Virus record (IMG/VR): IMGVR_UViG_2974753385_000001
Location: 2,185 to 66,184 of that record
Reading direction: 5' to 3' (one strand)
From: a virus
Lineage: Duplodnaviria; Caudoviricetes
DNA: 64,000 bases
The translations under genes and the position numbers were made by a program. This document shows, one piece after another, positions 27,273-36,822 of this stretch. The notes under the pieces are model-generated. The model searched no databases. It was not told where the DNA came from and worked only from the letters and a program-made list of their open reading frames with translations. Every line of letters starts with the position of its first letter. The stretch's first letter is position 1.

Positions 27273-28889
27273 ATGCCCCCGTTGATGACTGACGCTCCCC
27301 CGATCCCGATGGACGACCGCGGGATCGTTTCGTCGTTCCGCACCGAGTCCGAGATCGAGATCCGCCGGTGGATCGGCGACGACCCGATGGCGCTCGAAGG
27401 CTACTGCAACGACTACATCGAGACCGAGGTCGAGTTCACCGAGAACGAGACCGGCACCGGACATATCGAGGTCCCTCCCAACTCGAAGTGGGCCCCGATC
27501 TTCGCCAACTGCGACAACGAGAACGTCTTCGTCCACGCGAAGATCAACGGCGAGTGGTGGACCGGCCGGGTGGACAAGTGCCGCAAGGTCCGCAAGGGCA
27601 AGAAGCGCACCATCATCGCCGAGCTGGTGAGCGACTACGTGTGGCTCGAAGCGATGTTCTGCTGGCCGAACAACTTTGCGCCGCTGGGAATCCAGTGGCC
27701 GAAGAAGAACGTCAAGCTCATGCCGACGAAGAGCATGATCGAGAGCTACCTGTTCGAGGTGATCTTCCGGCTCCAGGCTTTCGGCCCCGGCCTGTACCGG
27801 TTCCCCATCGGGTTTTTCAACAACCCTGGGGAGAACTGGTGGTCGATGAAGGTGAAGGACTGGGCACAGCCGTGCGTGGTCATCCCCGGCAATATCCTCT
27901 ACGACACGACCCGCTGGAACTCGCTCCTCGCGCGCATGACACCGCTCGACGAGCTGTTCAAGGACGTGCTCTACGACGAGCACTGCGTGCTGGAGGCGAA
28001 GGCCTTCGTCCCCGGCCGCGACCCGCAGCCGTCGAGCAAGATCACGCTCGAAAAGCCCTGCATCTACTTCCAGGTCAAGGACAAGCGGGGCGTGGTCGGC
28101 CGGACCGGCACCGTGCTCGACGGCCTGTTCAACACGGTCATCGACACGATCGACCCGTTCCTGACCAACATCGTCGGCGCGTTCACCGAGAGCAGCGAGA
28201 TGTACTCGCTGTCGAAGTTCTTCGGTACCGACCCGAAGGACCCGTGGGTGGTCATCCGCGAGGACGACATCGACGACGACATCGAAGAGTCCGAAGTCGT
28301 CATCAACTCGCCGCAGGCACATACCGCGATCGTCGGCGGCCAGTCGCCGGAGTGGCTGAACAAGGGCATCGAGATGATCGCCAACGCGGCGATCTCGGGA
28401 GTCCTCGCGATGGCGGGGGTCTCGTTCCTGTCTGACCTGATCAGCGGGGAACTCTCCGACATCGCCCTGGCCTTCCAGAGCCAGACCGACGAGCGCCGCC
28501 GCGCGAAGTTCGGCCTCTTCTGCCTGCCGGAGGCCTACCCTGGCAGCGGGACCACGGCCTACACCTACGAATCGGTGCAGGCGCTTCGCAAGGTGCTCTA
28601 CGAGACTCGGCCGCACCGCACGTTCTCGGTGACGATCAACGACGGGAAGCCGTTCATCCCGTTCGTCCACTTCGGCATCGGCGACCCGATCGGCTGGGAG
28701 GACGACGGCGAGATCCACGTCGACTACGTTCGCCGGATCACCGTCACGCTCAACCGGGCCAAGCGAACCAAGCTCCAGATCCAGGTCGGCGACAACGGCG
28801 GCATGAAGGACCCGATGGAGCTGGCGATCAAGCGGATCCAGGGGGTCAAGCAGGCCTTCGACTTCTGGACTTTGTCGGATAGCGGATAG
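27273..28889 (+). CDS. minor tail protein (hub/Tal-like)
   Basis: Typical ~540-aa actinophage second minor tail. Confidence 0.8.
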   Translation: MPPLMTDAPPIPMDDRGIVSSFRTESEIEIRRWIGDDPMALEGYCNDYIETEVEFTENETGTGHIEVPPNSKWAPIFANCDNENVFVHAKINGEWWTGRVDKCRKVRKGKKRTIIAELVSDYVWLEAMFCWPNNFAPLGIQWPKKNVKLMPTKSMIESYLFEVIFRLQAFGPGLYRFPIGFFNNPGENWWSMKVKDWAQPCVVIPGNILYDTTRWNSLLARMTPLDELFKDVLYDEHCVLEAKAFVPGRDPQPSSKITLEKPCIYFQVKDKRGVVGRTGTVLDGLFNTVIDTIDPFLTNIVGAFTESSEMYSLSKFFGTDPKDPWVVIREDDIDDDIEESEVVINSPQAHTAIVGGQSPEWLNKGIEMIANAAISGVLAMAGVSFLSDLISGELSDIALAFQSQTDERRRAKFGLFCLPEAYPGSGTTAYTYESVQALRKVLYETRPHRTFSVTINDGKPFIPFVHFGIGDPIGWEDDGEIHVDYVRRITVTLNRAKRTKLQIQVGDNGGMKDPMELAIKRIQGVKQAFDFWTLSDSG

Positions 28890-28929
28890 CCACCGATAGA
28901 CTGACTGCGACCGAGGGAGAGCACTTCAC

Positions 28930-30045
28930 ATGACCACACCCAACACCGTCCGCGAGGCCATCGCGCAGCTCGTGCTGCGTTGGGACGGCGACGCGATGGA
29001 CTACGAGTCCGAGCGTCGCGCGTTCATCGAGGTGACCAACGGCCAAGGCGAGCTGCAACTCCCGCGGGGACGGCAGGGTGTGCCCGGCCAGGACGGCGAG
29101 CCGGGCCCGAAGCTCGCGCCGGATCTCGTGCTCGAAGAGGACGACGACGCCGACATTCCCTCGCAGCTTCCGACCGGACTGGCCGAAGGCGACCGCGGGT
29201 ACGTCGTCATCAACGACACCACCAACACCGCGTGGTTCTGGTCCGGCACCCAGTGGAAGGTCGTCCACGACGTCGTCGGTATGCGCGGCGAGATCGGGCC
29301 CTCGGTCGGCTTCCAGATCGGCACGGTCACCACCTCGCCGTCCGGCGGGGCCGCGTCGGTCTCGATCGACCCCGGCTCGACCTCGACCAACAAGATCCTG
29401 AACTTCACCCTCCCTCGCGGCAACCAGGGTGCGGTCGGCGTCGGCCAGAAGGGCGACCCCGGCGATGCGCTCGCGTCGGCCGCCGACGTGCTCATGCCCG
29501 ACGGCGGGCCCGACGACGGCGACGTGCTGGTCTTCGACGCGCCGACCCAGAAGTGGATCCCGACCACCTTCGCCTCGGGCCCTGTCGGCCCGTATGGCTT
29601 GGGGTCCAACGATTTCAATGCGATCAACGACAGCGCGTGGCCGCAGACCTACAAGGTCGTCGCGCAGATCACCGTGGAGCCGCAAGGATTCGCCTGGCAC
29701 CCGCGGGTGTTCGCGCAGTGCGACGTCCGGCTCACCGGCGTGCAGGCGCGCGTGGACCTCGAAGCGCGCCTCGGCTCGCCGACTGGGCCAGTCATCGGCC
29801 GTGGACCCGGCAACACGGTCACCGCGATCATCGACAACTACTACCCGCGCGACCTGTCGCCAACCTTCGAGAGCTCCCCGATCAGCCCCGAGTCGACGGC
29901 GTGCTCGGTGCCGAAGGGCGAACCCGGCACCATCTACCTCGTCATCAGTCGAATCGACACGTTGGCGACGTTCGGTGTGCAGACGCGCAAGGACCGCGCG
30001 TCGATGGTCGTCTACTGCGACCCGATCCCTGGCTCCGAGGGGTAG
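28930..30045 (+). CDS. minor tail protein with short collagen-like G-X-Y runs
   Basis: GRQGVPGQDGEPGP, GNQGAVGVGQKGDPG. Confidence 0.8.
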   Translation: MTTPNTVREAIAQLVLRWDGDAMDYESERRAFIEVTNGQGELQLPRGRQGVPGQDGEPGPKLAPDLVLEEDDDADIPSQLPTGLAEGDRGYVVINDTTNTAWFWSGTQWKVVHDVVGMRGEIGPSVGFQIGTVTTSPSGGAASVSIDPGSTSTNKILNFTLPRGNQGAVGVGQKGDPGDALASAADVLMPDGGPDDGDVLVFDAPTQKWIPTTFASGPVGPYGLGSNDFNAINDSAWPQTYKVVAQITVEPQGFAWHPRVFAQCDVRLTGVQARVDLEARLGSPTGPVIGRGPGNTVTAIIDNYYPRDLSPTFESSPISPESTACSVPKGEPGTIYLVISRIDTLATFGVQTRKDRASMVVYCDPIPGSEG

Positions 30046-30048
30046 CCG

Positions 30049-32424
30049 GTGACCGACGCTATCGAGCTCAACCGGCGGACGCCGGAGGAGCTGCTCCGCG
30101 CTGGCGAACAGCTCGCGCTGAAGGCCGACATCTGGGACCCGGCGTCGGTCAGCGAGATCGTCGCGAAGATCTTCGACCTGTTCGGGCTCGACATCCCGAA
30201 CTGGCAGGACGCGCTGGCGAACTTCGAGCACCTGAAGGACGCGATCGCGGGCAACTACGTCGGTAGTGACCTGGCGCTCAACGCGATCCAGAACATCATT
30301 GGGTCCATCCGCAAGCTCGCGACGGGCCTGATCAACCCCTCGCGGCTGCCGCTGATCCCGTTCTCGCACATCGGGGAGAGCTACCCGAACCTGCTGGAGA
30401 ACGGCGGTTTCGACGGGGCTGACTCCCTCGACGGCGAGGACGTCTGGACGTGGGACGCCGCCGAAGGGCGCACCACCCCCGGTTCGGCACGCACCTACGG
30501 TGACGGCACCCGAAAGGTGCTGCTGTCCAACCTCGTCGAGGCCACGCCGGGACAGAAGTTCCAGCTCGCCGGATGGGTGAAGTGGTCCGGCCTGACCGGC
30601 GGGGCCAACGCGCTGCGGGTGTCGGCGGTGGCCTACAACGGGGACGCGGTCCTCGTCGAGACCCCGCTGGTGGGTCAGAGCGACCCGCCGTCGAGCAACG
30701 GGTGGACGCAGTTCTCGGGGACCTACGAGATGCCCGAGGGCTCCACCGGGATTCGCGTGCAGGTCGAGGTCGGCGCAACCGTCACCACCGGCACGATCTG
30801 GTGGGACGACATCAAGCTCTCGAAGTACGGCAGCCTCCCTCAACGCTTCATCAGCGGGTTGGTCGACGCGCTGGGGGATCTCGGCGCAGGCATCGTGGCC
30901 GTGGTCAGCCAGATCGGCGATTTCTTCGACCGGGTCACCGGCCGGGTCGGAGCGACCATCGCCGACATCCAGGAATGGGTCATCCAGCTCAAGACGATCC
31001 TGTCCGGCGGGGTCGTCGGCTCCGGCCTGCTCCCGACGCTGTCCGAGGCGCTGCGTACCGGCGTGAACAACCTCCAGACCTTCGTCCAGAACATCATCGA
31101 CACCATCCTCTCGGCGCTCCGCAAGGTGCCGGTCATCGGTGGCATCCTCGGCGACGTCGAGGAGGACATGGGCCGCCTGGCGACCACCGCGGAGTCGGCG
31201 AACTCGGTCGCTATCACCAGCCGGACTTTGGCGCAGTCGACGATCTACAACATCGCGACCAACCGCCCGCTGTGGTCCGGCCTGGACCCCACCGCGGAGG
31301 TGTCGTTCCCGTGGGCCGAGTTGGGATACTCCAGCACGCAGGTTCTTTCGACGCAGACCCTCACCAACACCATCTCGCGGATCGCGAAGGTGCGCTGCCA
31401 GGTCGACCAGGTCATGAACACGGTGGCGATCCTCGCCTCCCGGTCGTCGACGCAGCAGCTCAACCTGAACATCTACCAGTTCAACAAGGACGACGCGAAG
31501 TGGGTTCGCATCTACACGTCCCCGTCACCGGGGTTCGGTGCGCTGATCGGACCCGCGCTCAACCGCGTGACGATGAAGATCTCCGAGGATGGGATCGCGG
31601 TCAACGCCGGGGAGATGTACGCCTTCGAGTTCATCGCTTCGGGAGGCTCGATCACCATCGCGTCCAAGAACTTCCCGGTCGCCCCGATCCCTGGGGTGGC
31701 ACCCGGCGCGATCGGCGGCTCCCGAAACCCAACCACCGTCGGCGATTTCACCGAGATCAGCAACGCCCTGATGGAGAGCTACAACGACACGAACACGCCC
31801 TACGTCGAGTTCGGGTCCGACCTCGGCCAGCTCGAAATCCCACGTCACTACTTCGTCTCGTTCGATAACAGCTCGTGGCAGAACTGGATTCGCAACACTC
31901 AGCACGACTCGCAGCTCGCGATCGCCAACGGGCGAGTCGTCTACGGCGACGCCGGGACCTTCGACGCAGGCCTGAAGATCGCCGTCTTCGGCTCCCAGAC
32001 CAAGGGCGACGTGGTGGCGGTTCAGGCCGACCTCTTCGATCTGAAGAACTCCGCCTTCGTCGCACTGGCGCTGGCGCAGACCAACGAGACGGTGACGACC
32101 CTCGAAAACAACTGCGTGCTCGCGATCTACGGCAACAAGGCCGAGATCATGACCGGTGGAACGGTTCGCGCAACGCACGCCTGGACCCTGAGCTCTGGGA
32201 CCTACCGCCTGCGCCGTGACATCGACGAGGTGACCGGGATCAGCACGTTCTACGGCGAGTTCTGGAACGGCACCCGGTGGGTGGAGCTGGTGAACTGGCC
32301 GGACAGCGGCAGCATCGTCGCAGAGGGACCTGGCCGCCGGTTCGGCGCGATCGGCATTCGTCGCGCGCTGGTCAACAACGGCGGCGAGATCGACAACTTC
32401 CACCTCTACGACATCGAGGAGTAG
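30049..32424 (+). CDS. minor tail protein with carbohydrate-binding-like domain
   Basis: NLLENGGFDG...WTQFSGTY CBM4/9-like pattern; C-terminal beta-sandwich. Confidence 0.8.
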   Translation: MTDAIELNRRTPEELLRAGEQLALKADIWDPASVSEIVAKIFDLFGLDIPNWQDALANFEHLKDAIAGNYVGSDLALNAIQNIIGSIRKLATGLINPSRLPLIPFSHIGESYPNLLENGGFDGADSLDGEDVWTWDAAEGRTTPGSARTYGDGTRKVLLSNLVEATPGQKFQLAGWVKWSGLTGGANALRVSAVAYNGDAVLVETPLVGQSDPPSSNGWTQFSGTYEMPEGSTGIRVQVEVGATVTTGTIWWDDIKLSKYGSLPQRFISGLVDALGDLGAGIVAVVSQIGDFFDRVTGRVGATIADIQEWVIQLKTILSGGVVGSGLLPTLSEALRTGVNNLQTFVQNIIDTILSALRKVPVIGGILGDVEEDMGRLATTAESANSVAITSRTLAQSTIYNIATNRPLWSGLDPTAEVSFPWAELGYSSTQVLSTQTLTNTISRIAKVRCQVDQVMNTVAILASRSSTQQLNLNIYQFNKDDAKWVRIYTSPSPGFGALIGPALNRVTMKISEDGIAVNAGEMYAFEFIASGGSITIASKNFPVAPIPGVAPGAIGGSRNPTTVGDFTEISNALMESYNDTNTPYVEFGSDLGQLEIPRHYFVSFDNSSWQNWIRNTQHDSQLAIANGRVVYGDAGTFDAGLKIAVFGSQTKGDVVAVQADLFDLKNSAFVALALAQTNETVTTLENNCVLAIYGNKAEIMTGGTVRATHAWTLSSGTYRLRRDIDEVTGISTFYGEFWNGTRWVELVNWPDSGSIVAEGPGRRFGAIGIRRALVNNGGEIDNFHLYDIEE

Positions 32425-32427
32425 CCC

Positions 32428-33519
32428 GTGTGGACTCCGACGCCGGAGCCGATCCCCGATGTGAACCCAGGCCTCGGGTGGTCCCTCGACGGCGTCAACG
32501 CCCCCGCAATCGACCCGGTCCAGGGGTGGTTCGTCAAGAAGCAGCTCCTCGCGCTCATGGAGAGCTCAGCGGAGTTCCGCGCCGGGATCAAGGCGATCCT
32601 CACCGGCCAGCACACCGCGCAGGCCTACTCGACCGCGGCGATCGTCGCCCACCTCGTCGGCCTTGCGCCGAGCAGCAGCCTCGGCAGCGGGGAGGGAGAG
32701 GAGCTCGACGCGCTGGTCAAGGCCTACCTCACCGGCTGGGTGAACACGCTCGGGACCTTCACCGCGCGAGGGGCATTCTCCCCCAAGGGCACCTACCCTG
32801 CCGCCGCGGTGTTCACCGGCGGCCTGCACGTCAGCCTCGGGGGCACTGCGTTCGGTCAGTACTCGTCGGCGGCGGAGGCGTTCGCGCACCTGGCGGGATC
32901 GGCCACGGCCACAGCCAGCTTCAGCGCGGCGGCCGCCTACGGCGTCATGGACCCGGTCGTGGTGCACTACACCGCCGTCGGGATCTACAACTACACCGTC
33001 CCCTCGTGGTCTCGGTACGTCGACGTCGTCGGGATCGGCGGCGGCGGCGGCGGCGGTGCCGGTAACGGCGGCGCGAACATCCCCGGCGAAGGCGGTGGCG
33101 CAGGGACCTGGCTCGCGGCGACTTGGTACACCGGCGGGTCGGGCGTTGTCGTCATCGACGTCGGGGCCGGAGGGACTGGCGGCCAAAGCGGGTCCAGCAG
33201 CGGTACCGCGGGGGCCCGAACCCTTATCGGAGTCGGCATCAACGAGCTCCCCTGCCCTGGCGGCGCAGCGGGTCGTGGCAGCAACGCCTCGGGGCGAGAC
33301 GGCAAGAGCCCCGGCAACTTCACCGCCTACGGGGAGACTTTCGTCGGGGGTATCGGAGCCCCTGGAGGAGGCTCCGCGAGCATCGGTGGTTCACAGCCCG
33401 CCAACACCGCGACTGCGCCCGGCGCGGGTGGCCCCGGCGGATGGGGTGGCATCTTCACCAGCTATCAGCGCGGCGGTCCTGGCTCCCGCGGTGAGGCGTG
33501 GATCAGGATCAGGCAATAG
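32428..33519 (+). CDS. minor tail protein, glycine-rich C-terminus
   Basis: VGIGGGGGGGAG...GGAAG glycine-rich domain. Confidence 0.8.
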   Translation: MWTPTPEPIPDVNPGLGWSLDGVNAPAIDPVQGWFVKKQLLALMESSAEFRAGIKAILTGQHTAQAYSTAAIVAHLVGLAPSSSLGSGEGEELDALVKAYLTGWVNTLGTFTARGAFSPKGTYPAAAVFTGGLHVSLGGTAFGQYSSAAEAFAHLAGSATATASFSAAAAYGVMDPVVVHYTAVGIYNYTVPSWSRYVDVVGIGGGGGGGAGNGGANIPGEGGGAGTWLAATWYTGGSGVVVIDVGAGGTGGQSGSSSGTAGARTLIGVGINELPCPGGAAGRGSNASGRDGKSPGNFTAYGETFVGGIGAPGGGSASIGGSQPANTATAPGAGGPGGWGGIFTSYQRGGPGSRGEAWIRIRQ

Positions 33520-33532
33520 GAGAATAGAGCTC

Positions 33533-33877
33533 ATGGCAGCAACCAACGCAGACAAGCAGGACATCGCGAACTACATCGCGTCGACGGGAGCAAAGATCAC
33601 CGCCCACAGTGGCGACCCCGGCACCACCGGAGCCAACCAGATCGGCTCCAGCTCGGGCAACACCACGTGGGGATCGGCGGCGATCGTCGGCAGTGATGCC
33701 GTCGTGACTGGTTCGGCCGTACCATTTACCATTCCCGCCAACACGACGGTGAGCCACTTCGGCATCTGGAACGGGTCGACGTTCCGCCGCGGATATGCCC
33801 TTGACGCCTCGATCTCGGTCGGGGCCAGCGGATCTGCCCCGGTCGACATCACCCCGAAGATCAAGTACTCGGGATAG
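33533..33877 (+). CDS. small minor tail protein
   Basis: ATG 33533 with SD AGGAG; HSGDPGTTGAN...TVSHFGIW pattern. Confidence 0.75.
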   Translation: MAATNADKQDIANYIASTGAKITAHSGDPGTTGANQIGSSSGNTTWGSAAIVGSDAVVTGSAVPFTIPANTTVSHFGIWNGSTFRRGYALDASISVGASGSAPVDITPKIKYSG

Positions 33878-33936
33878 GGACTTTCGTGCCACTCCGGCCC
33901 TCGGTGATACCGTCGGGGGACCGGAGAGGGGTGAGC

Positions 33937-34569
33937 ATGGCCGACGGCGACGTCATTCTGAAGTTCGACCACGTCATCATTCCCCAGGAGACCTACTACT
34001 GGTGCGGACCTGCGACGATGCAGGTTCTACTGTCGATTCGCGGCATCCATGTGACCGAGAAGTACATGGCTGATCAGCTCGGCACGACCGTCAACGGGAC
34101 TGACACGATCCTGTACCTGACGCGCGAGCTGAACGAGCGCCTCGGTGACATTTATCGCACCGTCCAGGTCCCAGGGAAGGGTGACCTCGAAGCGTTCCGG
34201 CGTCATGTCCGGCACTCGATCGACAGCGGCTACGGCGTCGCGGGCAACATCATGGTGCCGCCGTCGAATTACCCACGGCCGCAGCGGGGTGAGCGCGCCG
34301 CCTACAGCGGGGGCTGGGTCTACCACTACTGGTCGATCGTCGCCTACAACGCGCGACTGGACCAGGTCGCCATCGCCGACAGCGGCTTCCCTGACTACTT
34401 CTACTGGGTGACCACCGCGCAGGCGCTCTCGATGATCGAGGGCAAGGGCTACTCGTGGGCCGCCAACGCCGAGCCGGTCGACGACTTGTTCGGCTCCTTC
34501 ACCGACGCCGAGCTCGCGCTTATCCTGGCCGCCGCTCGTCAGGTCGGCGAGCCACACAAGGGGGCATGA
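33937..34569 (+). CDS. lysA: lysin A, C39-like peptidase subunit
   Basis: QETYYWCGPA (Cys), HYWSIVAY (His), IADS (Asp). Confidence 0.85.
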   Translation: MADGDVILKFDHVIIPQETYYWCGPATMQVLLSIRGIHVTEKYMADQLGTTVNGTDTILYLTRELNERLGDIYRTVQVPGKGDLEAFRRHVRHSIDSGYGVAGNIMVPPSNYPRPQRGERAAYSGGWVYHYWSIVAYNARLDQVAIADSGFPDYFYWVTTAQALSMIEGKGYSWAANAEPVDDLFGSFTDAELALILAAARQVGEPHKGA

Positions 34570-35588
34570 TGGACGGCGAGATTCTCCGGCGCGCACTGTC
34601 GCCGACGACCAAGACCGCCGGGCAGATGGAACCCTTCGTCGCCCCGGTCGTGTCCGCGATGGAGATCGCCGGGATCACCACCGTCCGGCGCGCTGCGGCG
34701 TGGTTCGCCACCCTCGGCGAGGAGACCGGAGGGTTCGCCAACTTCGTCGAGATCTGGGGGCCTACCGCGCAGCAACGCGGCTACGAGGGGCGACTAGACC
34801 TCGGAAACACCGTCGCCGGGGACGGTTACCGCTTCCGCGGCCGCGGGGCCATCCAGACCACCGGCCGGAACAACTACCGGGAACTCGGGAAGTGGTGCAA
34901 GGCAAGGGGGCTCGTAGACGACCCCGAGCACTTTGTGAAGAACCCCGACCTCGTCGCCACCCCGCGGTGGGCCTTCGTCTCCGCGGCGATGTACTGGTCG
35001 ACGACTTCTCGCCGCGGGAAGACCATCAACGAGTGGGCCGACGCGGGAGACATTCTCGCGGTCAGCCGATGCGTGAATGGATGGATCGACGGGGCCTACC
35101 CCTGGGGGTGGCCCAACCGCCAGTCACGTTGGAACAACTGCCTCGCACTCGGCGAGGAACTTCTACCGGGAGGGATCGACAGCATGAACGACGCAGACAA
35201 GACCGCCGTGGTCGGCGCGGCAATTCAGATGGGCCAGGCGCACGTCAGTGACGCCAAGAAGGGCGTCATCGGACCGCGGCCGCAGCGGCACACCGAGTTC
35301 TACAACGTGGACGGGAACCCCTCGTTCGCGGCGAAGGGGCAGAAGCTCGCCTACGTGCGCGCGATGCTCATGGACCTGTGGAATGAACTCGTCTTCGACG
35401 GGTATAAGGGTGAGGTCGAGGACCCCAATCTCGATGGCGGCCAGTACGGTTCGCCGGTGCGATTCATCATCGCCACCCACAAGAACGCGCGCCAGACCTT
35501 CCTCCTCGTGAAGGCGATCGCCGAGAAGAACGGCATCGACGTCGAGAAGGTTCTGGAGCCCGCGCCGAGCACGAAGGAGCTGAAGTGA
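34566..35588 (+). CDS. lysA: lysin A, GH19-like glycoside hydrolase subunit with C-terminal domain
   Basis: ATLGEETGG, FRGRGAIQTTGRNNY, INEWAD..D...VSRCVNG. Confidence 0.88.
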   Translation: MMDGEILRRALSPTTKTAGQMEPFVAPVVSAMEIAGITTVRRAAAWFATLGEETGGFANFVEIWGPTAQQRGYEGRLDLGNTVAGDGYRFRGRGAIQTTGRNNYRELGKWCKARGLVDDPEHFVKNPDLVATPRWAFVSAAMYWSTTSRRGKTINEWADAGDILAVSRCVNGWIDGAYPWGWPNRQSRWNNCLALGEELLPGGIDSMNDADKTAVVGAAIQMGQAHVSDAKKGVIGPRPQRHTEFYNVDGNPSFAAKGQKLAYVRAMLMDLWNELVFDGYKGEVEDPNLDGGQYGSPVRFIIATHKNARQTFLLVKAIAEKNGIDVEKVLEPAPSTKELK

Positions 35589-35905
35589 CCAACCCGAACA
35601 TCCCCAACCTGCCGCCGCCGGTCCCGACGGAGGCGGTTGTCGAGGAGCTGCGGTCACAGCTCGAAGCGCAGCCCTGGTACCGGCGGTTCGCCAACACGGT
35701 GACCGCGGCGGCGGGCCTGCTTTCCCTGCTGATCTGGACGCTGGTCGCGAACGGGGTCGAGATCCCCGGCGAGATCGGCACCGCGATCGGCTCGGCCCTC
35801 GGCGTGCTCACTCTGCTCGGCCTGCTGAAGACCCCGAACGGCATCACGCCGCGAGGTGTCGAGCGGGTTGAGGATGCGGCCTCGAAGGTCGCCGAGCGAT
35901 ACTGA
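35585..35905 (+). CDS. holin
   Basis: QPWYRRFANTVTA followed by two TM helices, directly after lysin A. Confidence 0.75.
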   Translation: MTNPNIPNLPPPVPTEAVVEELRSQLEAQPWYRRFANTVTAAAGLLSLLIWTLVANGVEIPGEIGTAIGSALGVLTLLGLLKTPNGITPRGVERVEDAASKVAERY

Positions 35906-35909
35906 TCAG

Positions 35910-36413
35910 ATGATCAACTTCCTCAGATCTCGCCTGCCTCGGATGGGGGACTGGACGCCGACGATCCCGTTCCCCCTCCGAGCAGCGATCCTCGCGCTGT
36001 GGGCATTCGAGCCGGTCTCGCGCGGCGTCGACTACCTGACCGGAGCAGACCTCAAGAACACCACCACCCTCTCGGAGGTCGAAAAGGCCTTCCCCCTTCC
36101 TGTCTGGGGGTTGTTCTGTCTGGTCTCGGGAATAATGATCCTTGTGGGCTTCGCTGGCCGCTGGCGGCGGGTGTCGATTCTGGGGCTCTACTTCGCTGGG
36201 GCAACTTATCTCGCGCTGGCCGTGGGGTTTGCGAGCGCAGTGTGGGACCGGGGAGGTGACGGTTTCCGTACCCCGGTCATGTTCCTGGTCTTCGGGCTCA
36301 CATATTGGCTGGCGGCAATCGGATACGTCGTGAACAACAAGCCACGGCTTGTTGTGGTCGATGACGACGAACTCCCAGACGCAAAGGTTCCCGATGGAAG
36401 TCCCACTCCCTAA
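35910..36413 (+). CDS. multi-pass membrane protein (lysis cassette)
   Basis: Four hydrophobic helices; ATG 35910. Confidence 0.75.
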   Translation: MINFLRSRLPRMGDWTPTIPFPLRAAILALWAFEPVSRGVDYLTGADLKNTTTLSEVEKAFPLPVWGLFCLVSGIMILVGFAGRWRRVSILGLYFAGATYLALAVGFASAVWDRGGDGFRTPVMFLVFGLTYWLAAIGYVVNNKPRLVVVDDDELPDAKVPDGSPTP

Positions 36414-36822
36414 CTCGGACAACTTCTGGCTGACCCTTCTCGTCTTCATCCTCTTCGGGTCCCCGGCACTGTTCTCAAAGGCCGCCGCGAAGCTCCCAGG
36501 GTTCCTGGGAGCCGCAGGCCGCTGGTGGCAGCGTCGCTCCGAGAACAGCTCCGCCACCTCGAAGGTGATCACCGCAGCCAACCTCGATCGCATCATCAGC
36601 GAGCGGGTGAGTGAGAAGGTCGGCCACATCGAGAAGGAGGTCGACGAACTCCGCGAGGACGTCGACGACTACTCGGAATACCTGACCTACGACGCAGGAT
36701 GGCACCGCGAGACCAACATCTACGCGGCGCAGGTGGGGTTCGAGTTCCCGCCCCCGATGCACCTGACGTTCACCCAGTGGCGCGAGCGCAAGCGTGCAGC
36801 GGAGGCGGGGCTGACACCCTAG
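36394..36822 (+). CDS. single-TM membrane protein with coiled coil (lysis cassette)
   Basis: FWLTLLVFILFG then coiled coil; RBS AAAGG; stop overlaps the convergent primase stop (CTAG). Confidence 0.7.
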   Translation: MEVPLPNSDNFWLTLLVFILFGSPALFSKAAAKLPGFLGAAGRWWQRRSENSSATSKVITAANLDRIISERVSEKVGHIEKEVDELREDVDDYSEYLTYDAGWHRETNIYAAQVGFEFPPPMHLTFTQWRERKRAAEAGLTP

